Shown: positions 1-11,699, counted from the stretch's first letter. The stretch is 32,000 nucleotides of DNA from Mycobacterium leprae TN (GCF_000195855.1 NC_002677.1:2640001-2672000); one strand, 5' to 3'. The notes: generated by a model from the letters alone, not told the origin. Made by a program: numbers and translations.

Positions 1-229
1 GTGCCGATCCGCCATGTCGGGACGATGAACTACACGCGGACAGCAAGCTTATATCCAACCCTGTTGCAGCGCAGGGTGTCGGCTTGGCGCAAGAAAGTTG
101 AGCCGAGCATGAATTTCGGTCCATCGACTAACCAAATTCATGTACAGCCAGCAAAATTCTACCAAACGTAAGTGCTGGCAACCGGTACCAAATAATGTTC
201 AGCAACGCCATAGATAAGGCACATATTCC

Positions 230-1785
230 GCATCGTCCGACGCTTCGCAATCCGCCACCCCGCAAGCAGCTGAGGCCAGCAGCGGTCACTAGCCCGACAG
301 TCTGGATGCCAGGCTCTTCCAGATCGCCGGTGTCTGTGTGCTTGCCTCGGTCATGGCGGTGCTGGATGTCACTCCTCAACATCGCGCAACGCGCTTTTAT
401 CGTCCAGTGCGCGTCTAACCAAGCCATCGTCGCGTAGACCATGACCGGCTACACCCTGGCACTGGCAACCGTGATGCCAATCACCGAGTGGGAAGCTAAT
501 CGATTCAGCACCAAACGACTTTTCATGGGTTCACTTGCAGCGTTAAAGCTGCGCTCGCTGCTGTATGAGGTGAAGCCAAAAAATACTCTTTATCATAAGA
601 TTTCGCGCTTATCAGGGTATTGGCGATAGCATGCTGTTGCCGCTGGTACTTATTATGATGAACCGCGAAGCAGGATCAGCGCAGCTGGGCTACTTAATAA
701 CGGTACTGGGCGTACCTATGTTGCTGGGCCCAATCGGTGAGCCGATCCTGGGTGGTTAGTTAATAGACGCCTACGGCTAGAAGTGCATCCTCCTGATCAA
801 CATGCCAGTCGGGCTGTGTGCGTTCGCTCTCGCGACACTAGTGTTCGGAAAAGATTGTCCAGTTCCATCGGAGACACTCGACTGCGTCGGCTTGCTGCTG
901 TCTCCCGACGTGGCGACATTCTTGTACGGGGTGTCGTCCATCCCGGGCCGCGGCACTGTGGCCGATCGCCATTTGCTGATATCGGTGGTCACCGACCTGG
1001 TGCTAATCATCGCTTTCGTCTTGCTCACCTAGTGCCGCGCCAATCACCCACTGATCGACCTGCGATTGTTCAGCAACCAGGTAGTCACCCGAGCCAATGT
1101 CACGATTCTTGTATTCGCTGTAGCATTTTCGACACAGGCCCGCTTCCTCCGCACTACTTCCAGCAAGCACTGCACCAAACGCCGATGGAATCGGGTGTGT
1201 ACATAATTCACCCAGAAATTTGGCGATGCTGACGATGCCATTTTCCGGACACTCAATGGATAAGCGGGTCCGGGCAAGAGCGTGTTGTTGGGCACAGTCT
1301 GATATGTTTTTTTGGACACGTTCGGTGTCGCCAAGCAGGCCGACGACCTCACGACACTGCTGGCCAGGCTGACAATCATGGGCCTGAGTTGTAGGCTGCA
1401 CAATAATACCGCTTGCGGATCGTCTGTGTAAGGCGTTGACCCCGCATCAGCTCGCCCGCGGAATGACGCTGAACAGCGTCAACTAGCAAGTGGGCTGCTC
1501 GATGGGAACCAGGCTCATGTCGGTAATGATGACCAGCAAATTAAATTAAAGCAAAATATCACCGCCGCAAGCAAGCTGCGTTCTCGCAGAATACAATACC
1601 GCCCAAAGCTGGATACCAATTGACCCGTAAGCAATTCCGATCCAAACCCTCACCCCAGACTTCGTTGGCAGTGTGCTGGAAAGTTTTTCCATATTCCTAT
1701 CCCACTGTGTTCGCCCTGGCGGTCGTCTCAGTGGCGACGACCATCATTCCGGCGGTCTTTCTACTGAAGAAGCCACCGGGCTAAA
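230..1785 (+). pseudogene. emrB: EmrB/QacA-type MFS multidrug efflux pump, pseudogene (multiple frameshifts and stops)
   Basis: MFS-like segments lie in different + frames: GYTLALATVMPITEWEANRFSTKRLFMGS (441-), PVGLCAFALATLVFGKD...LLLSPDVATFLYGVSS (802-), RANHPLIDLRLFSN (about 1040-), tail ...AVFLLKKPPG* near 1784. Stops interrupt every frame. The position next to ptrB matches Rv0783c. Boundaries are approximate. Confidence 0.75.
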
Positions 1786-1906
1786 CGGTAACGCTTACCG
1801 ATGAATCCAGCTTATCCATAGATAACATCATCACGATCAGCGTGACGACGTCCATCGGATCCACCGACCGCACTTGAATATTGATCGCGTCATTGAGCCA
1901 CAACAT

Positions 1907-2400
1907 CTAAAAACCATGTACCAGTGACCAAGCCGCCAACTTAGCGCAAACCGGATCAGTGTGTGCATTTCGGTCCCGCAACGTCGCTACGCCACGAACC
2001 AATTCGTAGCCGGCAGAGGCGTCGGCGGAGACGAGTTCATCGTTTGAGGAATCCAGCAGAGATTTGATGAACATCACCTGATAGTAGCCGGGGTGTTCGA
2101 GGGCAAACTGCATATAGTCCACGGCAGCGTCGGGGAATTGGGGCTGAGCAGCGATGAGCACCTAGGTGAATAGCTGAAATCCCTGCGTCACGAGTGCGGT
2201 GAAGAGACTTCGGCGATCGGTGAAACGGTACGTGGGCGCAGCATGTGACACGCCCGCATCCCGGCCGCCAATGCACGAAGCGAGACGCGACCGGCACCGC
2301 GCTCAGCCGCCAGGAGGGCGGCTTCAGTCAGTATCACGGTCCCGCAGATCGCCGTGATGGTAAGGCCGTACGGTCCACGCTACCGGTATAACACGCAAAC
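1907..2400 (-). pseudogene. TetR-family regulator, pseudogene
   Basis: The minus-strand ORF 1907-2161 looks like a TetR C-terminal ligand domain. An HTH-like piece (ILTEAALLAAERGAGRVSLRALAAGM) lies upstream in another frame. No single open frame spans both pieces. Confidence 0.55.
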
Positions 2401-2448
2401 TTGACAGTAGCTACATGACCGCCTACTTAAGCCGTGGAGAAACTAGGC

Positions 2449-2934
2449 AATGACTATGTTGGCTGGATTGGTGAAGTATTTGTGGTGGCTCCATCTATCA
2501 CCCTACTGGTGGGCAGCGTTGCCACCAGGACCGTCGGCTAGCTAGGCGTGGGCTTTGTCAACAACTAGACCGCGGCACTTTCCGTCAGCTTGGCAGCTAT
2601 TTTTTGCTTATCGGGATGACGCACTTCGTGCCACCGATGCGACGCGATCTGATCGCGATCATGCCGCCCAGGTTGTCCATGTTTGATCTGCTGGTCAGCG
2701 TTACCGAAGTGCTCGAACTACTGGGCGCTACGAGCATGTTACTTAAACGCTATTCGCACAGCAGCCGCAGTGTGCTTGCTGGCGTTGATGCTGGCTATGT
2801 TCCCAGTCAACGTTTACGCCGCGCAAATGCCCCATCCGCCTAATTCGATGACGACGCGGCTACCCCTGCGCACCGCCACCGAGGTCATCTACCTCGGTGG
2901 CGGTGCCATACTGATCGACGTCGACAGCAGCTAG
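2449..2934 (+). pseudogene. Small DoxX-like integral membrane protein, frameshifted; divergent from the TetR remnant
   Basis: Two overlapping + ORFs (2604-2843, 2683-2934) carry hydrophobic segments (LLVSVTEVLELLGATSMLL; AAAVCLLALMLAMFPVNVYAA) split between frames. The family assignment is tentative. The 3' end overlaps the ptrB 3' end convergently. Confidence 0.35.
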
Positions 2935-5034
2935 CAGCCAAGCATATTGGAACGCGGTTTCCTGCCAAGCCTTGTAGCGTCCGCTTATGCCAGCATGGCC
3001 CGCGGCCATCTGGGTTTTCAACAACACTGGATTCCCGTCACTCTTTGTGTGCCGCAGTGCTGCAATCCACTTCGCCGGCTCTACATAGTGGACCCTGGTA
3101 TCGTGCAGTGATGTCATAGCCAAGATGGCAGGATATTGTTTGGCTTCGACGTTCTCATAGGGAGAATAAGACTTAATATATGAGTAAAAATCACTGTCAA
3201 TCAACGGATTTCCCCATTCATCCCACTCCGTTACGGTCAGAGGTAACGAGGGATCCAGCATAGTGGTCAGCGGATCAACAAACGGCACCTGAGCGAGGAT
3301 TCCGGTGAAGAGATCCGGTGCTATGTTAGCTACCACTCCCATCAACAGGCCTCCCGCGCTACCGCCCAATGCTACTAATTCTTGTGATCGTGTCTGCCCT
3401 GAATCCACCAAATGCTTTGCCACCGAAATGAAGTCAGTAAACGTGTTCTTCTTCTCCAAGAGCTTGCCATGCTCGTACCACAGCCGTCCCATTTCACCAC
3501 CGCCCCGAACGTGAGCAATGACAAACATCATTCCCCGGTCCAGCAGCGACAGCCGCGGTATGGAAAAACTCGGATCCACACAAATCTCGTATGCACCATA
3601 GCCGTAAAGCACTGCCGGAGCAGGAAATCGGATAGCGGCGCGATGAACGATCGACACTGGGATCCAGGTGCCGTCATCCGCCTGCGCCCATTCACGCCGT
3701 TCAACATAGTCCTCATGCTTGTAGCCGCCGAGAACGGGCTGCTCGCGTAGCAACGTCCGCTCACCGGTAGCCAAATCCACGTCATAGACACGGACCGGGG
3801 TGACAAACGATCCTGCCCGGATCCGCAGTTTGGGCGAAACCCAGTTCGAATTGGCTTCCAGGCTGACCCACATCAGTTCAGACTCGAACGAGATCTCTTC
3901 CGGCTCTCCGTAGCTCCCGTCGGGGTCGATAGGCCACAACTGAACCCGGGGCAACGCCTCACGTCGATAGCTGACCACCAGATAGCCAGCGAAGGCATCA
4001 GCACTGTCCAGTCGAACGTCGTCGCGATGTGGAATCAGGGTGCGCTGCTGTTCTGGATTGCTAACCGGTGACTCCACCAGTGTGAAGTTCACCGCACCGT
4101 CATTGTGTAAAATCAAGAACCGGTCTTGTCCCCCGACTAGGCCGCTGGGGGCATGTTCTACCGAGTACTCGATGCCGTCACGCCGTGGTAACACGACGGT
4201 GAACTGCGCATCCGGGTTAGTCGAGTCCGCGTAGCGCCACTCGGAGGTGATGGCCGACCCGGCGGCTATAAATATGTAAGCTTCACTTCGGCTAAGGCCG
4301 ACCGCGAGCCAGAACCGTTCATCAGCTTCATGATAAACTTGCTCCGACGGCTGACCGGAGCCGAGCCGACACCGCCACACTGTATCCGGACGCCGGGACT
4401 CATCCAAAGTCAGATAGTACACGGTGCGGTTGTCAGCAGCCCAGGTCGCTCCGGCGCCGATACCCACAATCTCGTCAGGGTATCGTTCTCCGGTACGTAA
4501 GTCCTTGAACCGCAGCGTATACCGCTCGTCACCGACGAAGTCCACAGAATAAGCTAGCAGATTGGAATCCAAACTGACCATGAAGGTACCCAGTGCAAAA
4601 AAGGCATGGCCCTCCGCCTCAGCATTCGAATCGAGCAAAACCTGCTCACCGGATATTTCAGTGTTCTCGTATAGGGCCGGCGGAGTCCAGTCATCGGGAC
4701 TTGCTACCGGACAACGACACTGGACGCGATATTGCTTACCCTCGAAGGTGCGGGAATAGTACCACCAGTTGGCTTGGCGAGTCGGCACCGACAGGTCGTT
4801 TTCCTTAGTACGCGCCTTGATCTCATTGAAAATCTTCTGCTGCAACGGCTCAAGGTGGGCAGTCATCTGGTTGACGTAATCGTTTTCAGCATCGAGATAA
4901 GCAACAACTTCGGGATTGTTATTGTCGCGCAACCATTCATACGGATCAAAAAAGACGTCTCCGTGGCGCTCCCTGCGAGTCTCCACGCGCTTGGCGATGG
5001 GCGGTACGGGTGTACCCCTGGATGTCTTTGTCAT
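2860..5034 (-). CDS. ptrB: Oligopeptidase B / protease II (S9 prolyl-oligopeptidase family), intact
   Basis: The long ORF (730 aa from 5052) has an N-terminal propeller-type region and a C-terminal alpha/beta hydrolase domain. The nucleophile elbow is GGSAGGLL, followed by DTRV and GHAG segments. I prefer the ATG at 5034 (MTKTS...) because it forms an ATGA overlap with the purC stop; 5052 is the alternative. Confidence 0.9.
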
Positions 5035-5924
5035 GCTCCTGGACCGATCCAATCGTCGAAGCTCATACCGGAAATCCGTTCATAAACTTCGACATAGCAT
5101 AGACGGGTGGCCTCGATAATGTCATCCGGTAGCGACGGCGGGGACAATGCTCCAGCGCGGACCCAACCCGACTCAGGACTGACAAGCCAGTTACGGACGA
5201 ACTGCTTGTCGAAGCTTCTCTGAACCACACCGACCCGGTAGTCGTCGACTGACCAGTACCGCGAGGAGTCCGGTGTGAAAATCTCATCGGCCAGAAGCAG
5301 GTTGCCGTCGCGGTCGATACCAAATTCAAACTTAGTGTCAGCTATGATTATTCCGGTCTTCAGTGCGTGATCAGCTGCCTGAAGGTAAATCTGCAAAGTC
5401 CGGTCGCGTAGCTGGTTGGCACGCACCACACCCACCATCTCAATCATCCTGGAAAACGAAATGTTCTCATCATGTTCTCCTAGAACAGCTTTCATAGCCG
5501 GGGTGAAAAGCGGAGCGGCGAACCTGCTGGCTTCGACCAGGCCTGGCGGCAACGGGATGCCGCAAACCTTCCCGGTCGCCTGATAATCCAATAGTCCCGA
5601 ACCGGTCAGGTAACCGCGAGCTACACACTCCATCGGCAGCATGTCCAGCTGCCGAACCACCAGCGCGCGGCCAAGCACCTCCTCGGGAATGCGCGGGTCG
5701 TCGGGCGGCCCGGCCAGGTGGTTGGGAGCGTCTACGAAGCTAAAGAAAAACACACTCATCGCGGTCAGGATCCGGCCTTTGTCCGGAATCGTGCTGTCCA
5801 GAACGTAGTCGAACGCCGATATCCGATCCGACGCAACCATTAAGAGGTGCTCGTCGTCGATGCGGTATATCTCGCGGACCTTGCCGCTGGCCAAATGCCG
5901 GTAGTCGAACAATGCGGGACGCAT
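5031..5924 (-). CDS. purC: Phosphoribosylaminoimidazole-succinocarboxamide (SAICAR) synthase
   Basis: [20 protein letters not shown]...DRISAFD are typical PurC N-terminal motifs. I chose the ATG at 5924 (297 aa) to match the conserved MRPAL N-terminus; the ORF remains open upstream to 5951. Confidence 0.92.
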
Positions 5925-5989
5925 AAGGCTTAGCCTATCCGGAACCCCCAAACGCGCTTTCAGACTGGCTCTGTGTTGGGATCAGAACT

Positions 5990-6610
5990 ATGAACTCACG
6001 GTTTTTACCCTACGCTACTAGCCCCGGCCGGCTTACGATCCAGCTGCTCAGCGACATCGCCGTCGTCATGTGGACAACGTTCTGGGTACTAGTCGGTATA
6101 GCCGTATACAATACCATCTCGACAATCGCCGACACCGGCGCGCAAGTCGAGAGCGGCGCACACGGGATCGCCGACAACCTGGCGTCAGCAAGCCATGGCA
6201 TGCAACTCATCCCGGTGTTGGGCAATGCGGTGAGCAAGCCCTTGACGTTGACCAGCGCGGCAGCGCTCGACATCGCAGACGCCGGACATAGCCTAAACAC
6301 CACAGCGAGCTGGTTAGCGGTGTTACTCGCGCTAGCAGTCATCGCGTTGCCGATCTTGGTAGCGGTGGTGCCGTGGCTGGTCCTGCGGTTCTGGTTTTTC
6401 CGGCACAAATGGACGGTGACCACCCTGGCCGCGACCCCGGCCGGCAAACAACTCCTGGCGCTGCGCGCATTGACTCTCCGGTCGCCGAGCAAGCTAGCCG
6501 CCGTGAGCGCAGATCCGGTCGGCGGGTGGCGCCGTGAGGACCCCGGCACCATCCGCGGTCTTGCCGCACTCGAACTGCAATCGTCCGGGATCACGCTTCG
6601 TGTGCATTAA
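5990..6610 (+). CDS. Conserved mycobacterial transmembrane protein (Rv0779c-like), function unknown
   Basis: The 206-aa ORF has two clear hydrophobic helices (IAVVMWTTFWVLVGIAVY; WLAVLLALAVIALPILVAVVPWLVL). It is divergent from purC with a 65-bp gap, the same position and length as Rv0779c as I recall it. Confidence 0.7.
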   Translation: MNSRFLPYATSPGRLTIQLLSDIAVVMWTTFWVLVGIAVYNTISTIADTGAQVESGAHGIADNLASASHGMQLIPVLGNAVSKPLTLTSAAALDIADAGHSLNTTASWLAVLLALAVIALPILVAVVPWLVLRFWFFRHKWTVTTLAATPAGKQLLALRALTLRSPSKLAAVSADPVGGWRREDPGTIRGLAALELQSSGITLRVH

Positions 6611-6614
6611 CCTA

Positions 6615-7515
6615 AGCGTGACATCACGTGTAGCGGTGCGCCGCTTGGATGGCGACGGCTACGTCCACCACACTATCTACTCAATCGCCGCTGACAACAT
6701 GACGAGCTTCTTACGCAACGTACAATTGCCTGGAATGACCAGCCAGGACCAGCAGCCCGCCCACAACCGCATTGCACGTTGTTTCCGCACCGACGCTAAA
6801 CAGCAGACTAAAGAATACAAGTGCAACTCGAGACCCGACAGGGCCGACACAACTGGATCGTACATCTTCTCGTTCACGACTACCGATCAACATATCGTCA
6901 GTCAGCTCGGTACGCTTCGACTCGACGCGATCAACTAGTGACCGTAGATATACATTCGGTGAACCGGCCTCCACACCACTTGCCGAAACGAACATCTGCG
7001 ACAGAGATGCATTGCACGATCTGTCGCAATCGAACTGGAGCTCGATCGCCTAGAATAACCAAGGTCGTTCGGAATCCGGCATTCCCAGCAGAATGCAGAC
7101 CACCTGCATTGACAGTTCGGTGAAAATGTCAACCAGAAGTCGAACGGTTCACCGGACACCGCCACGTCCAGTAGCCGGCGCGTATGGGCCCGCAAATCGT
7201 CCTCAACGCGACGGATCAACTGCGGTGTCAGTCCGTAAGCTCACGAGTCTCTGAATTTGCTAATGCCGCTTTGCGAATGCCGCAGGTCGTCCATCACGTT
7301 GAGTACCTAGCCCGCGACCACCAATTCCTGTAACAGCACCACAAACGTTTCCGCCTACACAACGACGGACCAGAAGCTTTCCGCGTCGGGAGTGTTGTCA
7401 GTCGGCTCATGCCAGTAAACTGACGCTTCCCGCCAACGGATAGCAAACAACTCATGCGAGAAGCCGCTAGCAAAGTTATCCAGTATAGGTCAAGTCGATC
7501 TCCGAAAGCGCGCCA
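6615..7515 (-). pseudogene. Cytochrome P450, truncated and stop-riddled pseudogene (position of cyp126)
   Basis: Minus-strand pieces: [23 protein letters not shown]..., [28 protein letters not shown], and an I-helix-like LLFSVGAETTCNAVVGGLL. About 0.9 kb remains where an intact P450 needs about 1.2 kb. Confidence 0.7.
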
Positions 7516-7522
7516 ACCAGCG

Positions 7523-8941
7523 TCACAGGATAGCACCCGGCGTGTACTTGGCTGCTTCCGGGTAGCGGCCCACTAGCTTGTCGACCATCGCGACAACCTC
7601 GTCTACCTGGTCTGCCGCGGCGCCGGTGAACGCCTTCTTGTCGGCCAGCGCGGCGTCTAGCGCCGCTCGGTCCAGCGGCAACCGCCCATCGGCAGCCAAC
7701 CGGTCCAGCAGGTCAGGCTCGGCACCGCACTCCCGCATGGCCAGCGCCGTCGCCACCGCGTGTTCGCGAATCACGTGGTGAGCGGCCTCGCGACCCATAC
7801 CAGCACGCACAGCCGCAATCAGCACCTTGGTGGTGGCCAGGAATGGCAAATAGCGGTCCAGCTCGCGGCGGATCACTGCCGGGTAAGCACCAAACTCGTC
7901 GAGCACCGTCAAAAACGTCTCGATCTGGCCGTCGATGGCAAAGAAGCTGTCTGGCAAAGCAACTCGACGTACTACTGAGCAGAAAACGTCGCCCTCGTTC
8001 CACTGCGCGCCAGCTAGTTCGGCTGCCATTGCGGCGTAACCGCGCAACACCACCTGCAGACCGTTGACCCGTTCACAGCTGCGGCTGTTCATCTTGTGTG
8101 GCATCGCTGACGAGCCAACCTGCCCCGGTGCAAAGCCTTCGGTAACGAGCTCGTGACCTGCCATCAACCGTATGGTGTGCGCTAACGAGGAAGAGCCGGC
8201 ACCGAGCTGCACCAACGCTGAAATCACATCGTGGTCTAGTGAACGCGGATATACCTGCCCGACACTGGCTAAAACCTTTGTGAATCCTAGGAATTCAGCT
8301 ATTCTTTGCTCAAGTTCTGCTAGCGCCGCAGCGTCACCGCCAAGCAGGTCGAGCATGTCCTGCCCGGTACCCATCGGGCCCTTGATACCGCGCAGTGGGT
8401 AGCGGTCGATCAACTCGCGCAGCCTAGTCAACGCTATCAGTGTTTCCTGCGTCGCGGACGCGAAGCGTTTGCCCAATGTCGTGGCCTGCGCGGCAACGTT
8501 ATGGCTGCGTCCGGCCATCACCAGGTCGCGATAGGACACCGCGCATTCGGCCAGCCGTGCTACTACGGCCACACCATGGCAGAAAACCAATTCCAACGAC
8601 CGCCGGATCTGCAGTTGCTCCACGTTCTCGGTCAAGTCGCGGCTGGTCATCCCCTTATGTACCTGCTCATGGCCGGCCAGCGCGTTGAATTCCTCGATGC
8701 GCGCCTTGACGTCGTGACGCAACACACGTTCGCGGGCGGCGATCGAAGCCAAATCGACCTCGCCAAGCACCCGCTCGTAGTCGGCGATCGCTTTAACAGG
8801 CATCGGAACACTCAGTTCCGCCTGTGCTCGTAGCACGGCCAGCCACAACTGCCGCTCCGCGATAACCCTGGCTTCCGGAGACCATATCGCGACCAATTCA
8901 GCGCTGGCGTATCGGGCGGCTAGAACATTCGGAATGCTCAC
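7523..8941 (-). CDS. purB: Adenylosuccinate lyase
   Basis: Fumarate-lyase signature GSSAMPHKMNSRSCE. The conserved N-terminus (V)SIPNVLAARYASAELVAIWSPEA starts at a GTG at 8941, giving 472 aa. The ORF is open upstream to 9106 (527 aa) but that extension has no PurB-like sequence. Confidence 0.9.
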   Translation of the reverse strand: MSIPNVLAARYASAELVAIWSPEARVIAERQLWLAVLRAQAELSVPMPVKAIADYERVLGEVDLASIAARERVLRHDVKARIEEFNALAGHEQVHKGMTSRDLTENVEQLQIRRSLELVFCHGVAVVARLAECAVSYRDLVMAGRSHNVAAQATTLGKRFASATQETLIALTRLRELIDRYPLRGIKGPMGTGQDMLDLLGGDAAALAELEQRIAEFLGFTKVLASVGQVYPRSLDHDVISALVQLGAGSSSLAHTIRLMAGHELVTEGFAPGQVGSSAMPHKMNSRSCERVNGLQVVLRGYAAMAAELAGAQWNEGDVFCSVVRRVALPDSFFAIDGQIETFLTVLDEFGAYPAVIRRELDRYLPFLATTKVLIAAVRAGMGREAAHHVIREHAVATALAMRECGAEPDLLDRLAADGRLPLDRAALDAALADKKAFTGAAADQVDEVVAMVDKLVGRYPEAAKYTPGAIL

Positions 8942-9097
8942 AGAAGCACAGCTTACGGTCGGGTTCGCACTGCAAAACGGGAACATCCATGCAAGCTCGT
9001 CCGATACTCTAATAGACCGATGTATTTTGCGGGTGTGAACCTCACCTGAGAGGAGCGCAACCCAACCGGTATCGCGGTACTCGATCACGACAGCTGT

Positions 9098-9740
9098 TTG
9101 GTGCATGTAGGCACAGTCCGCGACAACGTCGAGATGCTAGCCGCTTTGCGGCCTTACGTGACCGGCTATTACCTGGTCGCCTTCGACTCGCCATTGATGG
9201 TGACCAACCGCACCGGCCAACGACCAACCGAGACCGCTCTCAACCGTGACTTCCGCCGGTTCGACCCCTGCGCGCACCCTGCCAACACCGGCAAACCCGA
9301 ATTCGCCGACATCCAACGCGGAGCGCGGTTGGCACAAGCACTTGGACCTTGACATAGCTCCCTGGTCATCTGCAGCGCTATCGCAGTCTAGCCTCATCCG
9401 GGGAATCACGGCATTGATCCGGTTGCCGCGCACATTTAAGCACAAGGACCAACCCGGCCACAGCCATGACCAGCTCAAGTCGGGGCTGTTGTTGTTGATG
9501 GACAGCGTCGATGATCTTGGCCACGCGGTAGTGCCGTTGCACATTGCCGGTCATCGGTCCAGTTACGATGCATGAGCCGAGCTGCGCCAGCAGATGGTCG
9601 AGAGCGCAGCGCAAGAGCGAGCTGCGCAACGGAGGATACGGCCGACTCTGTTGTTTGCGCTCACGTGACGCTGTACGCTCAGCATTGACTGCCCGCCGTG
9701 ACGATTTAAGGAGACTTAGCCACCAAACTACATCGTGACA
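9098..9740 (+). pseudogene. DUF429-like conserved hypothetical (Rv0776c position), pseudogene
   Basis: LVAFDSPLMVTNRTGQRPTETALNRDF..AHPAN resembles the DUF429 core (AIDAPL..N..G.RP.E). The downstream part continues in other frames after stops. The assignment rests partly on synteny. Confidence 0.45.
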
Positions 9741-9989
9741 TCTTCACTGCCCGCGGATTTACTCCGGTCGCCCAATCCCGTTAGGGAGTAAATCTTCCGG
9801 TAGATCTCGCAGATCCACCCAGATTTCTGCATGTTTCGCAATTGTTTTCGATGCCGCGACGAAAATCGGGCAATAAATGCCCACAGTCTAAATACAATTC
9901 AGTATACCTGCCGGATCAGATGTTCACGGGTCGCTGGCAGACGGGTGCGAGCACGTCGATAAAGTAGATAATGATACCCAGCGCAGCAG

Positions 9990-10550
9990 CACACGGATCC
10001 CGTCCTTCCACCAGCACCAAGACCACAACACCAGCGCACGCAGCAGATCAGCATGCACACCAGCTCGACTATGCACGGAATGAACCGATCGTTACGATGG
10101 CCTCAACCACAGCTTCGACGCGCTGCCACAGGTTGCGACGCAAAGTCCAACGCAACGTGCCTAAACGTTCACTAGCAAAATAGCACTCAATATCGCGGGA
10201 TCAATTGCTCGGCAAGTCCTGAACCCGACACATCCCCCAACAAGTCAAAATATACTTCCAACGGTGGTCTCGGACCCCGACACAGCCACGACAAGACACT
10301 GGCCTGGGCCCGCAGCTGGTCGATATCGAGTCATCTCGATATATTCCAACCGCTCACGCAATCAAATCGTCGGGAAACCAAAAACAGTTTCAGTCTTAGA
10401 CGCCAACGACAGCCCGGACCGCCACACGGCCGCCCGATGTCACACTGCTTCGAATTCGAACCCACCCTCGCCGAGCAGCTCGACGGCGGAGCTAACAAGC
10501 ACACACCGTCGCCGTTCTCCTGTTCTTTTATGAGTTCCTGATACCGTCAT
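9990..10550 (-). pseudogene. TetR-family regulator (Rv0775 position), pseudogene
   Basis: Minus strand: ...RTGERRRCVLVSSAVELLGEGGFEFEAV* is followed out of frame by HTH-like sequence. The C-terminal half is degenerate. Confidence 0.5.
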
Positions 10551-10613
10551 GACCACCCCCTGGTGCCAGTCAGCACCATACTGCATTGCCATTTCGACCA
10601 AAAAGCCATAACA

Positions 10614-11480
10614 TGAAGATGGCCCGCATGCCAAATTTAATCCGTAGCGCTGTACTCGGTCTGGGTGCCAACGTGGCCGTTGGCGCGATCGGCTTATACT
10701 GGCTTGACGTATTGTCCCCGCCCTAACCATCAGAAGCAATACCGATACCGACGGCGGGCAGCTAGGTTTAACTGGTGTCAACTGAACCAACTCAGACAGC
10801 GCCCGCCATGGCTACCAGCTCATTCGCGTCAGCGGGCACATGGCAGGCTAACGACCGACTGGGCGATCGCCCGCACGCCGGGCCAAACCACAGCATTGCT
10901 ACCGATGATCGCGCTGCACGGCTTAGGCGGCAACGCATCCAATGTGATGGCCGGCGGCGTAAAGCAAGGCCTGGCGCAAACCGTCAACGCGGGGTTACCA
11001 CCTTTGGTGGTAGCCTCCATCGACGGAAACTGCATCTACTGACACAAAAAGCTTCCGGCGAGAACTGGCCGAACTAGAGTGCTAAACGAACTCATCCCAC
11101 TGCGGGCAACGCGGCATCTCAACACCTCACGGGTGGCGTTCTTGAGCTAGTCAACAGCGGCTAAGGGGCACTGCTGCTCAGTGGCTGGTTAGACACCCGC
11201 ACGTACCGCAGCGATGGGCGGTAGGCCCGGCATTGTGACTTGTCCCTCAGAACAGCAGCACCCGGAGCATTCGACGTTCCCGATGACTGGTCGGCAAACT
11301 CAGTGTTCAGACTGCCCGCGCTGACGTCCATCCCGATCCGAGTTGATTGCGACGATAGAAGATAGCGATCAGTTCTACCAGGCAACCAAATAGTTCATAG
11401 CTCAATTGCCGCACCCGCCTACCGAAGGTTTCTCTCCTGGCGGGCACAACGGGGGGCTGCTAGAGCTCACAGCTGCCGGC
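10614..11480 (+). pseudogene. Secreted esterase/alpha-beta hydrolase (Rv0774c position), pseudogene
   Basis: A signal-like start MKMARMPNLIRSAVLGLGANVAVGAIGLYW is followed in another frame by PMIALHGLGGNASNVMAGGVKQGLAQTVNAGLPPLVVASIDG. Later fragments include GALLLSGW and IRVDCDD, with several stops. Confidence 0.55.
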
Positions 11481-11572
11481 CGAACCGACCTGGACGGCAC
11501 CGCTGCCGATTGCCTAAGGCGCTATCACAATTAGCACTTCAGCACCGTGTAGAATGTAGGTGTGCCATTCGA

Positions 11573-11602
11573 GAATTTGATAGCGCATGCGATATCAAAT
11601 TC
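11573..11602. repeat. 30-bp near-perfect AT-rich palindrome GAATTTGATAGCGCA|TGCGATATCAAATTC (14 of 15 positions pair)
   Basis: I read this directly. Both strands translate to REFD.AC.IKF because of the symmetry. It lies between the esterase and ggtA pseudogenes, 18 nt downstream of a TAGAAT hexamer (11550-11555). Confidence 0.9.
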
Positions 11603-11699
11603 CCGGACGGACGATGCCTCTCTTGCATAATCGCCGACGTTTGGGCTCCGGGGCAGAGCGCGCGACAATCTGACGGTGAAGCGCTCCCTTAGGACTCGC

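Noticed and set aside
783-1232. 149-aa + ORF, plus minus-strand ORFs at 1003-1403
   Set aside because: These are alternative or antisense frames through the emrB pseudogene. The MFS-like sequence lies in other frames.
6010-6594. 194-aa minus-strand ORF opposite the Rv0779c-like membrane gene
   Set aside because: This is a shadow frame of a syntenic, hydrophobic-helix-containing + ORF. Its composition (R/A/S/P-rich) is non-protein-like.
7523-9106. Full 527-aa version of purB
   Set aside because: The conserved PurB N-terminus begins at the GTG at 8941, giving the 472-aa length I recall for M. tuberculosis PurB. The upstream 55 codons look non-homologous.
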